Source of the DNA: an uncultured Phycisphaeraceae bacterium
GTDB lineage: Bacteria; Planctomycetota; Phycisphaerae; Phycisphaerales; UBA1924
NCBI GenBank assembly: GCA_964652945.1
Contig: CAZZDW010000024.1
Coordinates: 1-38,814 of the forward strand
DNA length: 38,814 bases
Reading direction: 5' to 3'
Below are positions 17,161-28,757 of this stretch, in pieces. How positions within the stretch are numbered: position 1 is the stretch's first letter; each line of letters opens with the position of its first letter. The notes beneath the pieces were generated by a model. That model was not told where the DNA came from and searched no databases. It saw only the letters and a list, made by a program, of their open reading frames with translations. The position numbers and the translations under genes are program-made.

Positions 17161-18024
17161 ATGGTGCGTAACACAGATTTACCTTCAACCATGTCCTCGC
17201 GTCAATCGCAAAATAGGGATTTTCCCTTGGTCAACGTGCGGCCTTTGCACAATACTGGCTATGCCAAACCGGCTCGGCGTCTCCTCCGCGGCGGCCATGC
17301 ACTTCTCGTCGGGATCTTGGCCTTCACCGGCGTCGGCGTCGCCTCGGTGTACATGACCACGGTGATGCAGACTCCACCTTCTGCCGAGACCGGGCCCATG
17401 TCGTCCCACGAGCTGCGGACGATGCTGGTCCGGGCGCAGTTGCTCCCCGACTCGCTCGCCGCGGCCGGCGTTGAGCCAAGCCAAGTTGGTGTTCTGATCA
17501 CCGCTGCCCGCAGCGAGCTGGACGAGCAGCTCCAGACGCTTCGCCGTGTCGATGCGCTCCGGCAGCAGCATCAGAGCGCTGTTACCATGTACCGCCAGCT
17601 CGTCGGAGCCGAGAACCCCACCCCGCAGGACCGCCAACTGCTCGCGCAGGCCGAGACCGATCTGAAGACGGCGACCCAACAGGCCGAGTCGGTAATCTCA
17701 GCTATCCGCGCCGCAGCTGAAGCTACGCTGACGACTGACCAAGTCCAGGCACTCGCCGCGATTCGAACGAATAAGGGCCGAGAAGTGCCGATCGAATACA
17801 TCGTTGTTGAACGTACCGATCAAGAATGGGTTGAACTCCGCGAGGCGCTCGCCAATGTGCGTATCGCCGCCAAGCACGGTGTTGCACCTGCGGAGGAAGC
17901 CCTCGCCCGTGTTGCACGTGCGGATGCCGATCCAACGGTCACGATCGCGAGAGCCGACCTGGACAGCCGGACCACCGCTATCCAGCAGGCATGGGACGCC
18001 GCGGTTGCAGTTGTCGAAGAGTAA
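17161..18024 (+). CDS. Hypothetical bitopic/coiled-coil protein (287 aa)
   Basis: ATG with SD (aagggg). One TM segment (ALLVGILAFTGVGVASVYMTTV), then an Ala/Gln/Glu-rich helical region. An AT-rich promoter region separates it from the divergent RHS gene. Confidence 0.5.
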   Translation: MVRNTDLPSTMSSRQSQNRDFPLVNVRPLHNTGYAKPARRLLRGGHALLVGILAFTGVGVASVYMTTVMQTPPSAETGPMSSHELRTMLVRAQLLPDSLAAAGVEPSQVGVLITAARSELDEQLQTLRRVDALRQQHQSAVTMYRQLVGAENPTPQDRQLLAQAETDLKTATQQAESVISAIRAAAEATLTTDQVQALAAIRTNKGREVPIEYIVVERTDQEWVELREALANVRIAAKHGVAPAEEALARVARADADPTVTIARADLDSRTTAIQQAWDAAVAVVEE

Positions 18025-18056
18025 TCTCCAGTATTTGTGATTGTTTTTTCTTATCA

Positions 18057-18083
18057 CACCGGCCACGTCGCCGGTGTTTTTTA
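18057..18083 (+). terminator. Rho-independent terminator (caccggc-cacgtc-gccggtg + TTTTTT)
   Basis: A 7-bp GC-rich stem with a 6-nt loop followed by a T6 run, 33 nt after the TAA of the 287-aa gene. Confidence 0.7.
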
Positions 18084-18278
18084 TCGCATCCCTCCACTTG
18101 AATCCACCACGAAGGAACATGCCGTTTTACTTGACCAAGAAGGCGTGTGAAAGCATCCGCCAAATCGAATATCTGCTTCTTTGCCTGTGTTTTTCTGGTA
18201 TGCTGCTCGTTCGGCTGGGGGGGTCGTCATGTGAGCGAGGCTGGTCGCGGCAGGTTACACAGCGGAGCGGGCGGCAGT

Positions 18279-20890
18279 ATGCGTGCAACACGAATGATCC
18301 TCGGCTTCGTCGGTATCGGGCTCATCACCGTGAACGCATGGGGGCAATCGGTAACTCAGCCGGTTCAATCTCGTGCGCACGAGCGCGGCGGTACTGGGGC
18401 AGCCGCTCAGCCGGAACCGGGGGGAGGGGGGGTGGGTTGGGGAGTGGTGATCGAGCTGGCCTCGCCGATCGAGCTTAAACGGCTGGTCGATCTGGCAGCC
18501 GAGCGGTCGGGGGTGCGGATCGAGTACGACCCCGGCGTGCTCAGCGGCAACGTCACGCTCCGCATGAGCGGCGGCCCGTCGGCCAACGCGGGTGAAGCGG
18601 GGCAGGCGGGATGGGGGGGGCAGCGCGGGTTGCGAGCCGACGAACTCTGGCCGGTGGTGAACCAGCTCCTCGCGGCGAGAGGGTTCACGGTTGTGCAGGC
18701 GCCGGACCGCGACGCGGCCGCGAGCGATATTAATAAGGAGGAAAACGCCGCACCTCATGTCGCGAGCCGGCAACCTCTCTATAGAGTCGTCCGCGTGGCC
18801 GAAGCGGCGGCGGGTGCGCGGCTCGAGCCGGGGGAGGGAGCGGCCGCGGTGGCGAGCGTGCCGCCCGCGGCCGGGTTCGCGTCGGTGCTCGTCAGACTTA
18901 GGTATGCATCGGCCCGCGACGCGGCCGAAGCGGCCAAGGCGGTGCTGAGCAAGCAGGGCTCGCAGGTCTCGACGATCGGTGAAACCGGTCTGCTGCTCCT
19001 CTCGGACATCGCGCCGCGGTTGCAGGAGGCGATGCGGGTCATCGAGCAGATCGACGTCGCCGGCGAGCCGGTGACGGTCGAGACGTACGAGTCGACCGGG
19101 CTCGGCGCGGGCAAGCTCACCACGCTCGTGGCCCAGGTGCTGGCCAAACGCGACGCACTCGCCGGCGGGAAGAAGCCGACAACCACTACTGGAAGCACAA
19201 CCGCTCGCAATGATTCGGACCAACTTGATGTCGGCGCCGGCGTGTTGCTCGGTCAGGATCTGCGCGGCGACGTGCTGGCGACGCCGGACAACCGCGGCGT
19301 GCTCGTCATCGCGCCGCGCTCGACGCAGCCCGCGTGGCGATCCTTATTAGAAACCCTCGACCGGCGCGAGGCCGTGGTGACGAAGACGTACGTGCCGCGG
19401 CGGTTCACGCCGGACCAGGTCGCCACGCTCATCGAGCAGACGGTCGACACGCAGGGCGACGAGCGGTTCAAGCTCTATATCAATAAACTTACGTCGGCGT
19501 TGATCATCACGGCGACGGAGCCGCAGCAGGGCGAGATCGCGGGGTTGCTTGCGCGGCTCGAAGAAGTCCCGCCGCCGTCGGCGCAGCCGGTACGGCGGAT
19601 CGCGGTGCGGAACCGCAGCGTCAGCGAGGTATTGCCGCTGTTAGAGAGGCTTCTCGCGACACGTTTCCCGGATCAAGGCCCGGCCTCGCCGATCGTGTCG
19701 ACGCGCGAACAGCGCGAAGGCTGGTCGAGCGGGACAGGCGGCGCTCGTACAAGCGAGAACGCAGGTTCGAATACCGGTTCATCGGTGCGCACAGGTCCGG
19801 CCGTGGACACGCCCGCGGCCGCGCCGACCGTCGACACGCCGCCTTCACCGAGTGTGACGGGCGCACGCGATGCGGCGCTGGGAAGACCGCCCTCGGACAA
19901 TGGACCACGCGAGCTGTCCGTCGGCGATTTTTCGACGGACGATCTGACGCTCGCGTCGGACGAGCCGACGAACACGATCATCGCGTCGGGCTCACCGGCG
20001 GCGCTGGATCGCGTCGCGGCGCTGGTGGCGGAGCTCGATATCCGCCAGCCGCAGGTGATGATCGAGGTCTTGCTGCTGAACATCTCCGACAGCGACTCGT
20101 TCGACTTCGGCGTCGAGCTCGAACGCCTCGAACGCACCGGCGGCACGGCGATCAAGCTCTCCAGCCTCTTCGGGCTCTCGAGCCCCGGCGGCTTGCAGAA
20201 CGCGGGGCCGCTGGGCATCGGCCGCGCGGTCTCGGGGACGGCCAGCGGCTTCACCGGGCTGGTGCTCGACCCCGGCGAGTTCAGCGTTGTCGTGCGAGCG
20301 CTCGAGACGCTCAACGAGGGGCGCACGCTGACGATCCCGAAAGTCCTCGTGTCGAACAACGAGCAGGCCGAGTTCGACTCCGTGGTGGAGCAGCCGGTCT
20401 TGAGCGTGAACGCGTCGGACACGGTGTCGACGACGAGCTTCGGCGGCTTCCAGCAGGCGGGCACGACGATCTCGGTGACGCCGCGGATCTCGCCGGCGGA
20501 CCACCTCGGGCTCGAATATAACTTGACGCGCGGCGCGTTCATCGGCGAGTCGAGCGATCCGGGCCTGCCGCCGCCGCGGCAGCAGACGACGACGTCGAGC
20601 GTCGTGACGATCCCCGACGGGTTCACGATCGTCGTCGGCGGCTTCGAAGAAACGCAGGAGGGCAACGCCAAGGACCAGGTGCCGTTCATCGGCCGCGTGC
20701 CGCTCATCGGCGAGCTCTTCAAGAACCGGAGCCAATCGTCGAGCCGTTCGAAGTTCTACGTGTTTATCCGCGCGACGATCTTGCGGGATGATCGCATGAC
20801 GGCGCTCAAACATCTCAGCGGCCGCGACATGCGCGGCCTCGATCCACGCATCGACGACGGCTGGCCCGAGGTCGAGCCGAGGATCATCCG

Positions 20891-20894
<4 letters not shown>
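18279..20894 (+). CDS. gspD: Type II secretion system secretin GspD
   Basis: C-terminal secretin domain (..VTPRISPADHLGLEYNLTRGAF.., ..VPFIGRVPLIGELFKNRSQ...KFYVFIRATIL). N0/N1-type N-domains and a signal-like N-terminus MRATRMILGFVGIGLITVNAWGQ. The ORF is open upstream to 18147 with alternative starts. Confidence 0.9.
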
Positions 20895-22587
<1,693 letters not shown>

Positions 22588-22591
<4 letters not shown>

Positions 22592-23139
22592 CCCGCGGCT
22601 CTTCACGCGCGGCGATTCTTCTCGGAACGCTCGCGCTCGGTGCGTGCGCGTGGTGGGCGTTCAAGCCGCTGCCGGATATCGCGTCGAGCGTTCCAGCGCT
22701 CGATCTTGAGTCTGCAACTGACAAGCCCGCCGATGTTCGTGTTGCGTCGCTCGATTTAGAACCATTCCGTGCGCCGCTGTGGGTCGCCCCCCCACCCCCG
22801 CCGCCTCCTCCGCCAACACCGGAGCCGGAACGCCCCCCGCCGCCCCCCCCACCGATCAAGTACCAGTTGCTCGCGGTGCTCGGACTGGAGGATCGTGATG
22901 CGCAACCAGCCGATCTTCGTGCGGCTCTGTACGACCCCGACGCCGATTGCATCCTGATCGTCCGCGTCGGCGAGCCGATCGAGGCGCAGGCGTCGGCTGA
23001 ACAGCATGCTCGTCGGCGATCCGCGTCGCGCACGTCGCCGATCCTCGAAGAGGTGAGCGCCGAGGGCGTGGTGATCCGCGACTCGGCCGGCAACCGCCGG
23101 ACGCTCTCGCTCCGCACCGACGAAGGAGCGAAGCGATGA
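22588..23139 (+). CDS. Small bitopic T2SS-associated protein (GspC/GspN/PilP-like), TM + poly-Pro linker + beta domain
   Basis: The ATG overlaps the gspE stop. N-terminal TM (AAILLGTLALGACAWWAF), then PPPPPPPPPTPEPERPPPPPPP, then a ~80-aa C-terminal domain. The assignment rests on context and architecture only. Confidence 0.4.
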
Positions 23140-24074
23140 GCACGACAACCATTCCATCGGTGCAGGGTGACACAAGTGAGACTGTCACGTGGCCGGCCGA
23201 TCGGTTCTACTGGTCGCTGCTGAATGCGCCGATGGGCCGCGCTCTCTCATCGCAGCGTGCGGCGCCGCTGCCGCCGGGCCTCTGTGCGGCGATGCAGGAC
23301 GACGTGCCCACGCCGATGGAAGACCTGCATGCGGTGGGCATACGTCTCGATGCGACAAACAACGGCTCTAATAAGGTGCTCGCGGTCGCCGTGCGTCGCG
23401 AGGCGCTGGCCGAACTCTCATCGGCCACGCGCACACTGAGCCCAGCCTCGATCCCGCCTCTTGACGAGCGGCTCGAGCAGTTAGAGCCGATGCGGCTGAA
23501 CGTGCTGGTTGGAATGTTCGAACCTCGCGCCATCCGCCGTGCTCGTGCGCTGCGCCACCTGCTCGGCATGGCGGCGGTGCTCGCGGCGGCGGGGCTTCTT
23601 AGCGCCGGGCTGCATCGGCGGGCCGAGCACGCCGCGTCGCTCGCCGACGCGGTCGATGCGCAGTCCGCTTCGCTCCTCTCCCACGCGGCCGAGAGCGGCG
23701 TCACCGACCAGCGAACGCTCGAGCGTGAGCTCGCGCAGGCCCGGGCGCTGCGCACTGCGATGCGCGATCCCCAAGCTACGGCCGACGCGATCCCGGCGCT
23801 GCTCAGCGTGCTCCGGTCGTGGCCGACTTCGGCGTCCGCTACGCCGCAGACGCTCGGCGTCTCGGGCGCAAACGGCGGCGAGGCGACGCTCTCGGTCTCC
23901 GTCGAGGGCGATCCGGCGGAGTTCCTTCGCCAGCTCACGCCGCCCGACGGCTGGACGCTCGACGAGCCGCGGCTGAACGCCTCGGGCTCCGTCACGCGCG
24001 TCGTGCTCACGCTCCGCCGCGCCAAAGAGAACTCATTGCACAATACCGGTAGTAATAAGGAGACTGCGCGATGA
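23136..24074 (+). CDS. GspL-like T2SS assembly protein (cytoplasmic domain - TM - periplasmic domain)
   Basis: Start overlaps the upstream stop (ATGA). A central TM (LLGMAAVLAAAGLLSAGL) with flanking domains of GspL-like size. No sequence motif was recognised, so this is an architectural call. Confidence 0.4.
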   Translation: MSTTTIPSVQGDTSETVTWPADRFYWSLLNAPMGRALSSQRAAPLPPGLCAAMQDDVPTPMEDLHAVGIRLDATNNGSNKVLAVAVRREALAELSSATRTLSPASIPPLDERLEQLEPMRLNVLVGMFEPRAIRRARALRHLLGMAAVLAAAGLLSAGLHRRAEHAASLADAVDAQSASLLSHAAESGVTDQRTLERELAQARALRTAMRDPQATADAIPALLSVLRSWPTSASATPQTLGVSGANGGEATLSVSVEGDPAEFLRQLTPPDGWTLDEPRLNASGSVTRVVLTLRRAKENSLHNTGSNKETAR

Positions 24075-24646
24075 ACGCCGGCCTCGTCACACTCTGGTGC
24101 GCGACCATCGGGCTCGCGGGCTCGGCGCTCGTCTACAACGCCGACCGCTATGTCGCCGCACGCTCGGCATCGCAAGACAAAGTCCACGAATGCCGCGTGA
24201 TCGCTGGCGGCCTCCGCGAGTTGCAGGCGCTCAAGCACGCAGGCGGCCCGCTCGCATCACCGGCATCAACCGACGAAGGGCTCGCCGAAGCCGTCAGCCA
24301 GACGCTCGCCGAAGTAGGCTTGCCCTCCACCACGCTCGAAAGCCTCGTGCCGGACCTCGGCGCGACGGGAAGCAGCGGGTCACCGATTCTGACTGCTGAC
24401 GGTCAGCGCACCGACGCCATGCTCCGCTGCGCGCGGGCCTCCCTCGTGCTGCAGGATCTCACGCTCCCGCGGCTGGGCGCGTTCATCGACGCCTTCGCCC
24501 GCCGCCGGCCAGGCTGGCGGCTGACCACGATCGACATCGCCCGCGACCGCGACGCCAAGGTCACGCCCGGCGAGGACCTGCCCATCAGGGCCGTGCTCTC
24601 ACTCGAAACACTCGCGATCACCACGCCCGGAGAACAACGCCGATGA
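24071..24646 (+). CDS. GspM/PilO-like bitopic protein
   Basis: Start overlaps the upstream stop. N-terminal TM (LVTLWCATIGLAGSALVY) followed by a ~160-aa periplasmic domain. Confidence 0.4.
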   Translation: MNAGLVTLWCATIGLAGSALVYNADRYVAARSASQDKVHECRVIAGGLRELQALKHAGGPLASPASTDEGLAEAVSQTLAEVGLPSTTLESLVPDLGATGSSGSPILTADGQRTDAMLRCARASLVLQDLTLPRLGAFIDAFARRRPGWRLTTIDIARDRDAKVTPGEDLPIRAVLSLETLAITTPGEQRR

Positions 24647-25353
24647 ACCGTTTTTATGCAGTGTATCTTGTGTTCACATCTCGTAGAGTGATCGCTTCAG
24701 CGGCCTGCGTCGTGCTCATGTTCTCCGCGATCAACGCCGGCTGTTCGTCGTCGAGTTCGCACACGCGCAGCCCGTACGAGCGCGACGCGAACGTCGCACG
24801 CGACCCGGCCGAAGCGCAGCGGCTCACGCTCGAAGCCGCCGACCTGATGAACACCAAGCCCGGCGAGGCCGAAGAGCTGCTGATCCGCGCGCTCATCGCC
24901 GATCTGTACCACGGCCCCGCGCACAACAACCTCGGCGTGATCTATCTCCAGCAGGACAAGCTGTACGAAGCCGCGGGCGAGTTCGAGTGGGCCCGCCGGC
25001 TCATGCCCGGCCACCCCGACCCGCGGATGAACCTCGCGCTCACCCTCGAACGCGCCGGCCGCGTGGAGGACGCGCTCGCCGAATACGCAACTGCTTTGGA
25101 GGTCTATCCCGGCCACATACCGACGATGCAGGCGCTCGCCCGGCTCCGCCTCCGCGAAACACGCGGCGGCGTCTCGCCGCTCGACTCAACAAGCGGCTCA
25201 ATGAGTTCCGCACGCGGGTCATCGCTCGATACCGCCAGCATCGGCGACGCGACGCCGTCGACCCGCGAGCTGCTCCGCGAGATCGCCCTCCGCGGCGAAA
25301 CCCAACGCTGGCGAGACTGGGCCCAGCTCCAGCTCGCACAGCACGACTGGTGA
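24643..25353 (+). CDS. TPR-repeat lipoprotein (candidate secretin pilotin, PilF/PilW-like)
   Basis: Start overlaps the upstream stop. Signal peptide with lipobox-like ..AINAGCSSSS. It has 3-4 TPR-like helix pairs (..LIRALIADLYHGPAHNNLGVIYLQQDKLYEAAGEFEWARRLMPGHPDPRMNLALTLERAGRVEDALAEYATALEVYPGH..). It is the last gene of the gspD operon. Confidence 0.5.
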   Translation: MNRFYAVYLVFTSRRVIASAACVVLMFSAINAGCSSSSSHTRSPYERDANVARDPAEAQRLTLEAADLMNTKPGEAEELLIRALIADLYHGPAHNNLGVIYLQQDKLYEAAGEFEWARRLMPGHPDPRMNLALTLERAGRVEDALAEYATALEVYPGHIPTMQALARLRLRETRGGVSPLDSTSGSMSSARGSSLDTASIGDATPSTRELLREIALRGETQRWRDWAQLQLAQHDW

Positions 25354-25422
25354 TCGACTTGTTCTCATCGAAACCGATATCCGGCGTCGCCGCCTGCACA
25401 GCGCTGCGCGGACGTAAACTGC

Positions 25423-27096
25423 TCATCGGGAGACCTGTTCCCAGGTCAGCCCGAAGCGTGCGAGGTATTTGCGGAGCCGGTCGGCGTCGTTGCCGCTGGA
25501 CTTGCGGGTGCGGGAGACGGCAAAGAGCGTGCGGCCGGCCTCGGAGAGCGTTCGGCTCTCGCGGCAGACGCGGAGCACCTCGGCGAGCTGGGCGTGATCG
25601 AAGCGGTCGAGCTGAGCCGTAGCGTTTGAGCCGAGCAGTGATGCGCACGGATCGTCATCGCCCGTTCCAGTTGATGCACCCGGCTCTCGACGGGCGGCCG
25701 AGGCCGCGGACAAAGTAGGCAATGGTGCGCTCCACGCGTTGCGAAGCCGCCGGATCTCGGTGTCCACGGTGTGCTCGTTGATCCTGCCGCCGGGCGCGAG
25801 CGTCGCCATGCGCGTCACGCTCGCCGAGAGGTCGCGGAAGTTGCCCGGCCACACGCCCTCGTCGGAGGTCGCGAACGTGAGATACGCCGTGCGGGCCTCG
25901 GTGTTGAACCGCACGGTGCGTCCCGTGCGTTTGGCGAACTGCTCGAGTTCGTACTCCAGATTCGGCGCGATGTCCTCGCGGCGTTCACGCAACGCCGGCA
26001 GGCAGAACGTCCACAGGTTGATCCGCGCCAGCAGGTCGTCGCGGAACTTCCCCTCGGCGACGCGTCCTTGCAGGTCGCGGTTGGTGCCGGCGATGAGCTG
26101 GAAGTCGCTCCGCACTTCAACATCCGCGCCGACCGGCAGGAAACGCTTCTCTTCGAGCGCCCGCAGCAGCATCGCCTGCTCGTCGAGGCCGAGTTCGCCG
26201 ATCTCGTCGAGGAAGAGCACGCCCTTGTCCGCCGCACGCAGCAGCCCCGCGCGTTCGCCGGCCGCGCCGGTGTAGGCGCCCTTGGTGTGCCCGAAGAGCG
26301 TGGACATCGCCATGTCGCCGCGGAGCGTGGCGCAGTTGACCTCGACGAAGCTCCCCTGCACGCTGCGGCGGTGCTTGCGGAGTTCATAAATACGGCGAGC
26401 CAGTTGGCTCTTGCCCGCGCCGGTCGGCCCTACAAGGAGGATCGGGTCGACGGCGTGAACCGCGACGTGCTCGATCTCTTCGATCAACCGGTTGAACGCG
26501 GCGTTGCGCGTGGCGATCCCCGACTTCAGCCCGGCGATGTTGTCCGTCAGCTCTCGCTCGAACCGGGCGGCGATCGAGTCGTACTTCGACAAGTCCAGAT
26601 CGATCACCTTGTAATCGCCGACCGGGTCGGCCGTGCGGTACTTCGGGCTCGTCTGCACGAGCTTGGCCGGGAACCGCCGTGTCTCGGTGAGGAGGAAGAG
26701 GCAGATCTGCGCGACGTGGGTGCCGGTGGTGATGTGGACGAGGTACTCTTCATTGTCAGTATCAAATGGATACGCCGCGGCGAAGTCGTGCAGCGCGGCG
26801 TAGACCTCCTCGAAGTCCCACGGGTCGCGCGGGTCGACGAGGTGCAGGTTCACCTCCGTCTCCGGCGAGACCTGGCGGATGTCCTCGGCGAGCTGGTCGG
26901 CGGTCTTCATGCCGTTGCGCGGGTAGAGGAGCTCCATGCGGCTGATGAGCAGGTCGTCCTGCTGGCAGAGCGAGAGCGTCGGCCGCCAGCGCTCCCAGCG
27001 CTTGGCGGTGATGCCGGCGTCGAGGTTGGTGCCGACGAATCCGATCACGACACAGCGAGGAGGCTCTTTGCGAGACATAGACAGAAGTATACTCAA
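25423..27096 (-). CDS. rtcR: RtcR: sigma-54-dependent transcriptional activator with N-terminal CARF domain
   Basis: N-terminus ..CVVIGFVGTNLDAG..KRWERWRPTLSLCQQDDLLISRMELLY is the RtcR signature. Central AAA+ module (LLVGPTGAGKSQLARRIY.., GVLFLDEIGELGLDEQAMLLRALEE, GTNRDL). A C-terminal HTH region. Start is either TTG 27096 or ATG 27078. It is divergent from rtcBA. Confidence 0.85.
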   Translation of the reverse strand: MSILLSMSRKEPPRCVVIGFVGTNLDAGITAKRWERWRPTLSLCQQDDLLISRMELLYPRNGMKTADQLAEDIRQVSPETEVNLHLVDPRDPWDFEEVYAALHDFAAAYPFDTDNEEYLVHITTGTHVAQICLFLLTETRRFPAKLVQTSPKYRTADPVGDYKVIDLDLSKYDSIAARFERELTDNIAGLKSGIATRNAAFNRLIEEIEHVAVHAVDPILLVGPTGAGKSQLARRIYELRKHRRSVQGSFVEVNCATLRGDMAMSTLFGHTKGAYTGAAGERAGLLRAADKGVLFLDEIGELGLDEQAMLLRALEEKRFLPVGADVEVRSDFQLIAGTNRDLQGRVAEGKFRDDLLARINLWTFCLPALRERREDIAPNLEYELEQFAKRTGRTVRFNTEARTAYLTFATSDEGVWPGNFRDLSASVTRMATLAPGGRINEHTVDTEIRRLRNAWSAPLPTLSAASAARREPGASTGTGDDDPCASLLGSNATAQLDRFDHAQLAEVLRVCRESRTLSEAGRTLFAVSRTRKSSGNDADRLRKYLARFGLTWEQVSR

Positions 27097-27173
27097 TTAT
27101 CCTGTAAGATAAAATCCGGCTTTGCCGCCCGATCCAACCCTCTTCCTGATCGCTTTGCACGGGTCGTCTCAAC

Positions 27174-27189
27174 TGGCATGCCGTCTGCA
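27174..27189 (+). promoter_or_regulatory. Sigma-54 (-24/-12) promoter TGGCAT-N5-CTGCA for rtcBA
   Basis: tggcatgccgtctgca matches the TGGCAC-N5-TTGCA consensus at 10 of 11 defined positions. It lies ~50 bp upstream of the rtcB ATG, in the rtcR-rtcB divergent intergenic region. Confidence 0.7.
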
Positions 27190-27239
27190 TACAGGGCTTG
27201 TGCGGACGAAGGACACGATTCCGCTTTGGAGCATTCATC

Positions 27240-28748
27240 ATGGCCGAGCAGACCACGCAACCGACCCAGCAGTTCATCGAGACCGGCGAGGCGACGGCGA
27301 TCCTGCCGCTCCCCAACGATCAGAAGCCGGTCACCGTTATCGGGACCGAGGCGATCCGTCGGACGTTCGACGAGGGGTGCCTCCGGCAGACCATCAACTC
27401 GGCGACCGCGCCGGGCGTCTCGCACCTCGTGCTCAACCCCGACGCGCACGTCGGCTACGGCACGCCGGTCGGCTGCGTCATGGCGAGCCCGACGCACATC
27501 TACCCGGGGCCGGTCGGCGTCGACATCAAGTGCAGCATGAGCCTGCTCCAGCTCGACCTGCGTGAGGGCGCGGTGAGCGACAAGCGGACGCGGCGCGAGC
27601 TGATCGACGCGATCGGCGAGCGCACGCCGACGGGCGCAGGCCGTGGGCAGCGGCACGCACGCAAGGGCCGCTACGTCGACGCGACGCTCGGCAGGAAGAT
27701 CGTCACCGAGGGAGCGTCCGAAGCCGTCTGCAAGGAACTCGGCATCCCGCCGGAGTGGGCGCAGCGCTGCGAGGACTCGTTCCACGTCGGGCACGACGAC
27801 ACGGCCGACGCGCTCCGCGAACGGCTGGAAGTTCTTCTGCGCGATGCCCGCACCTTCGAGCGCTTCCCGACCAAGATGCGCCAGCTCGGCTCGTACGGCG
27901 GCGGGAACCACTTCGGCGAGTGCGAGATCGTCCGCGTCGGCGAGTCCGATCGGGCGAGGCAGGCCGCGGAAGTGTTCGGGCTCGAAGACGGCAAGGTCGC
28001 CTTCCTCTCGCACTGCGGCTCACGCGGCTTCGGTCACGACCTGGCCGCGGGACAGTTCCGTGCATTGGAAACGCACTTTGCCAAGTGGAACATCGCGCTG
28101 CCCGGCGGCGATCGCCAGCTCGTCCACGCGCCCCTCGGCACGCCCGAGGCCGACGCGTACCTCGACGACATGGCCCTCGGCGCCAACTTCGCGACCGTCA
28201 ACCACCTGCTCATCAACGCGCTCATCCTCGAAGCCTTCCAGGAGGTCTTCCCCAACATCACGGGCCGCCTCGTCTACTTCATCAGCCACAACATCGCACG
28301 TCCCGAGCCGATCAACGGGAAGACCGAATGGGTGCACCGCAAGGGCGCGACGCGCGCCTTCCCCGCTGGGCACCCGGGCCTTGTCGGCACGCCGTTCGAG
28401 TCGACCGGGCACCCGATCCTTCTGCCGGGCAACCCGCAGGCGGGCTCGGCCGTGATGGTCGCCGACGAGGGCGCGTCGCTCTCGTGCTTTAGCGTGAACC
28501 ATGGCGCGGGACGTCGCCTCGGGCGCAAGGCCGCGGAACGGACGCTCGATCAACGGCGTGTCAACGAGTCGTTCGAGCAGCGCGACATCCTGACCAACTG
28601 CCGCAACTACCCGGTCGACGAGGCGCCAGACGCGTACAAGGACTTCGATGAGGTGCTGGCGAGCGTGAAGAAGGCCGGCCTCGCGAGCGAGGTCGCACGG
28701 CTCGACGCACGCTTCGTCATCAAGGACGGCGACAAGGCCGACGACTGA
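27240..28748 (+). CDS. rtcB: RtcB RNA 3'-phosphate ligase
   Basis: Motifs ..LSHCGSRGFGHDLA.., ..FSVNHGAGRR.. and ..HNIARPE.. are characteristic of RtcB. ATG at 27240 with GGAG 10 nt upstream. The ORF is open from TTG 27198. Confidence 0.9.
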   Translation: MAEQTTQPTQQFIETGEATAILPLPNDQKPVTVIGTEAIRRTFDEGCLRQTINSATAPGVSHLVLNPDAHVGYGTPVGCVMASPTHIYPGPVGVDIKCSMSLLQLDLREGAVSDKRTRRELIDAIGERTPTGAGRGQRHARKGRYVDATLGRKIVTEGASEAVCKELGIPPEWAQRCEDSFHVGHDDTADALRERLEVLLRDARTFERFPTKMRQLGSYGGGNHFGECEIVRVGESDRARQAAEVFGLEDGKVAFLSHCGSRGFGHDLAAGQFRALETHFAKWNIALPGGDRQLVHAPLGTPEADAYLDDMALGANFATVNHLLINALILEAFQEVFPNITGRLVYFISHNIARPEPINGKTEWVHRKGATRAFPAGHPGLVGTPFESTGHPILLPGNPQAGSAVMVADEGASLSCFSVNHGAGRRLGRKAAERTLDQRRVNESFEQRDILTNCRNYPVDEAPDAYKDFDEVLASVKKAGLASEVARLDARFVIKDGDKADD

Positions 28749-28757
28749 GTGCTCCCA

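Noticed and set aside
27078-27096. Exact rtcR start (TTG 27096 vs ATG 27078)
   Set aside because: It cannot be resolved from sequence alone. The ORF-track coordinate is kept. The choice does not change the functional assignment.
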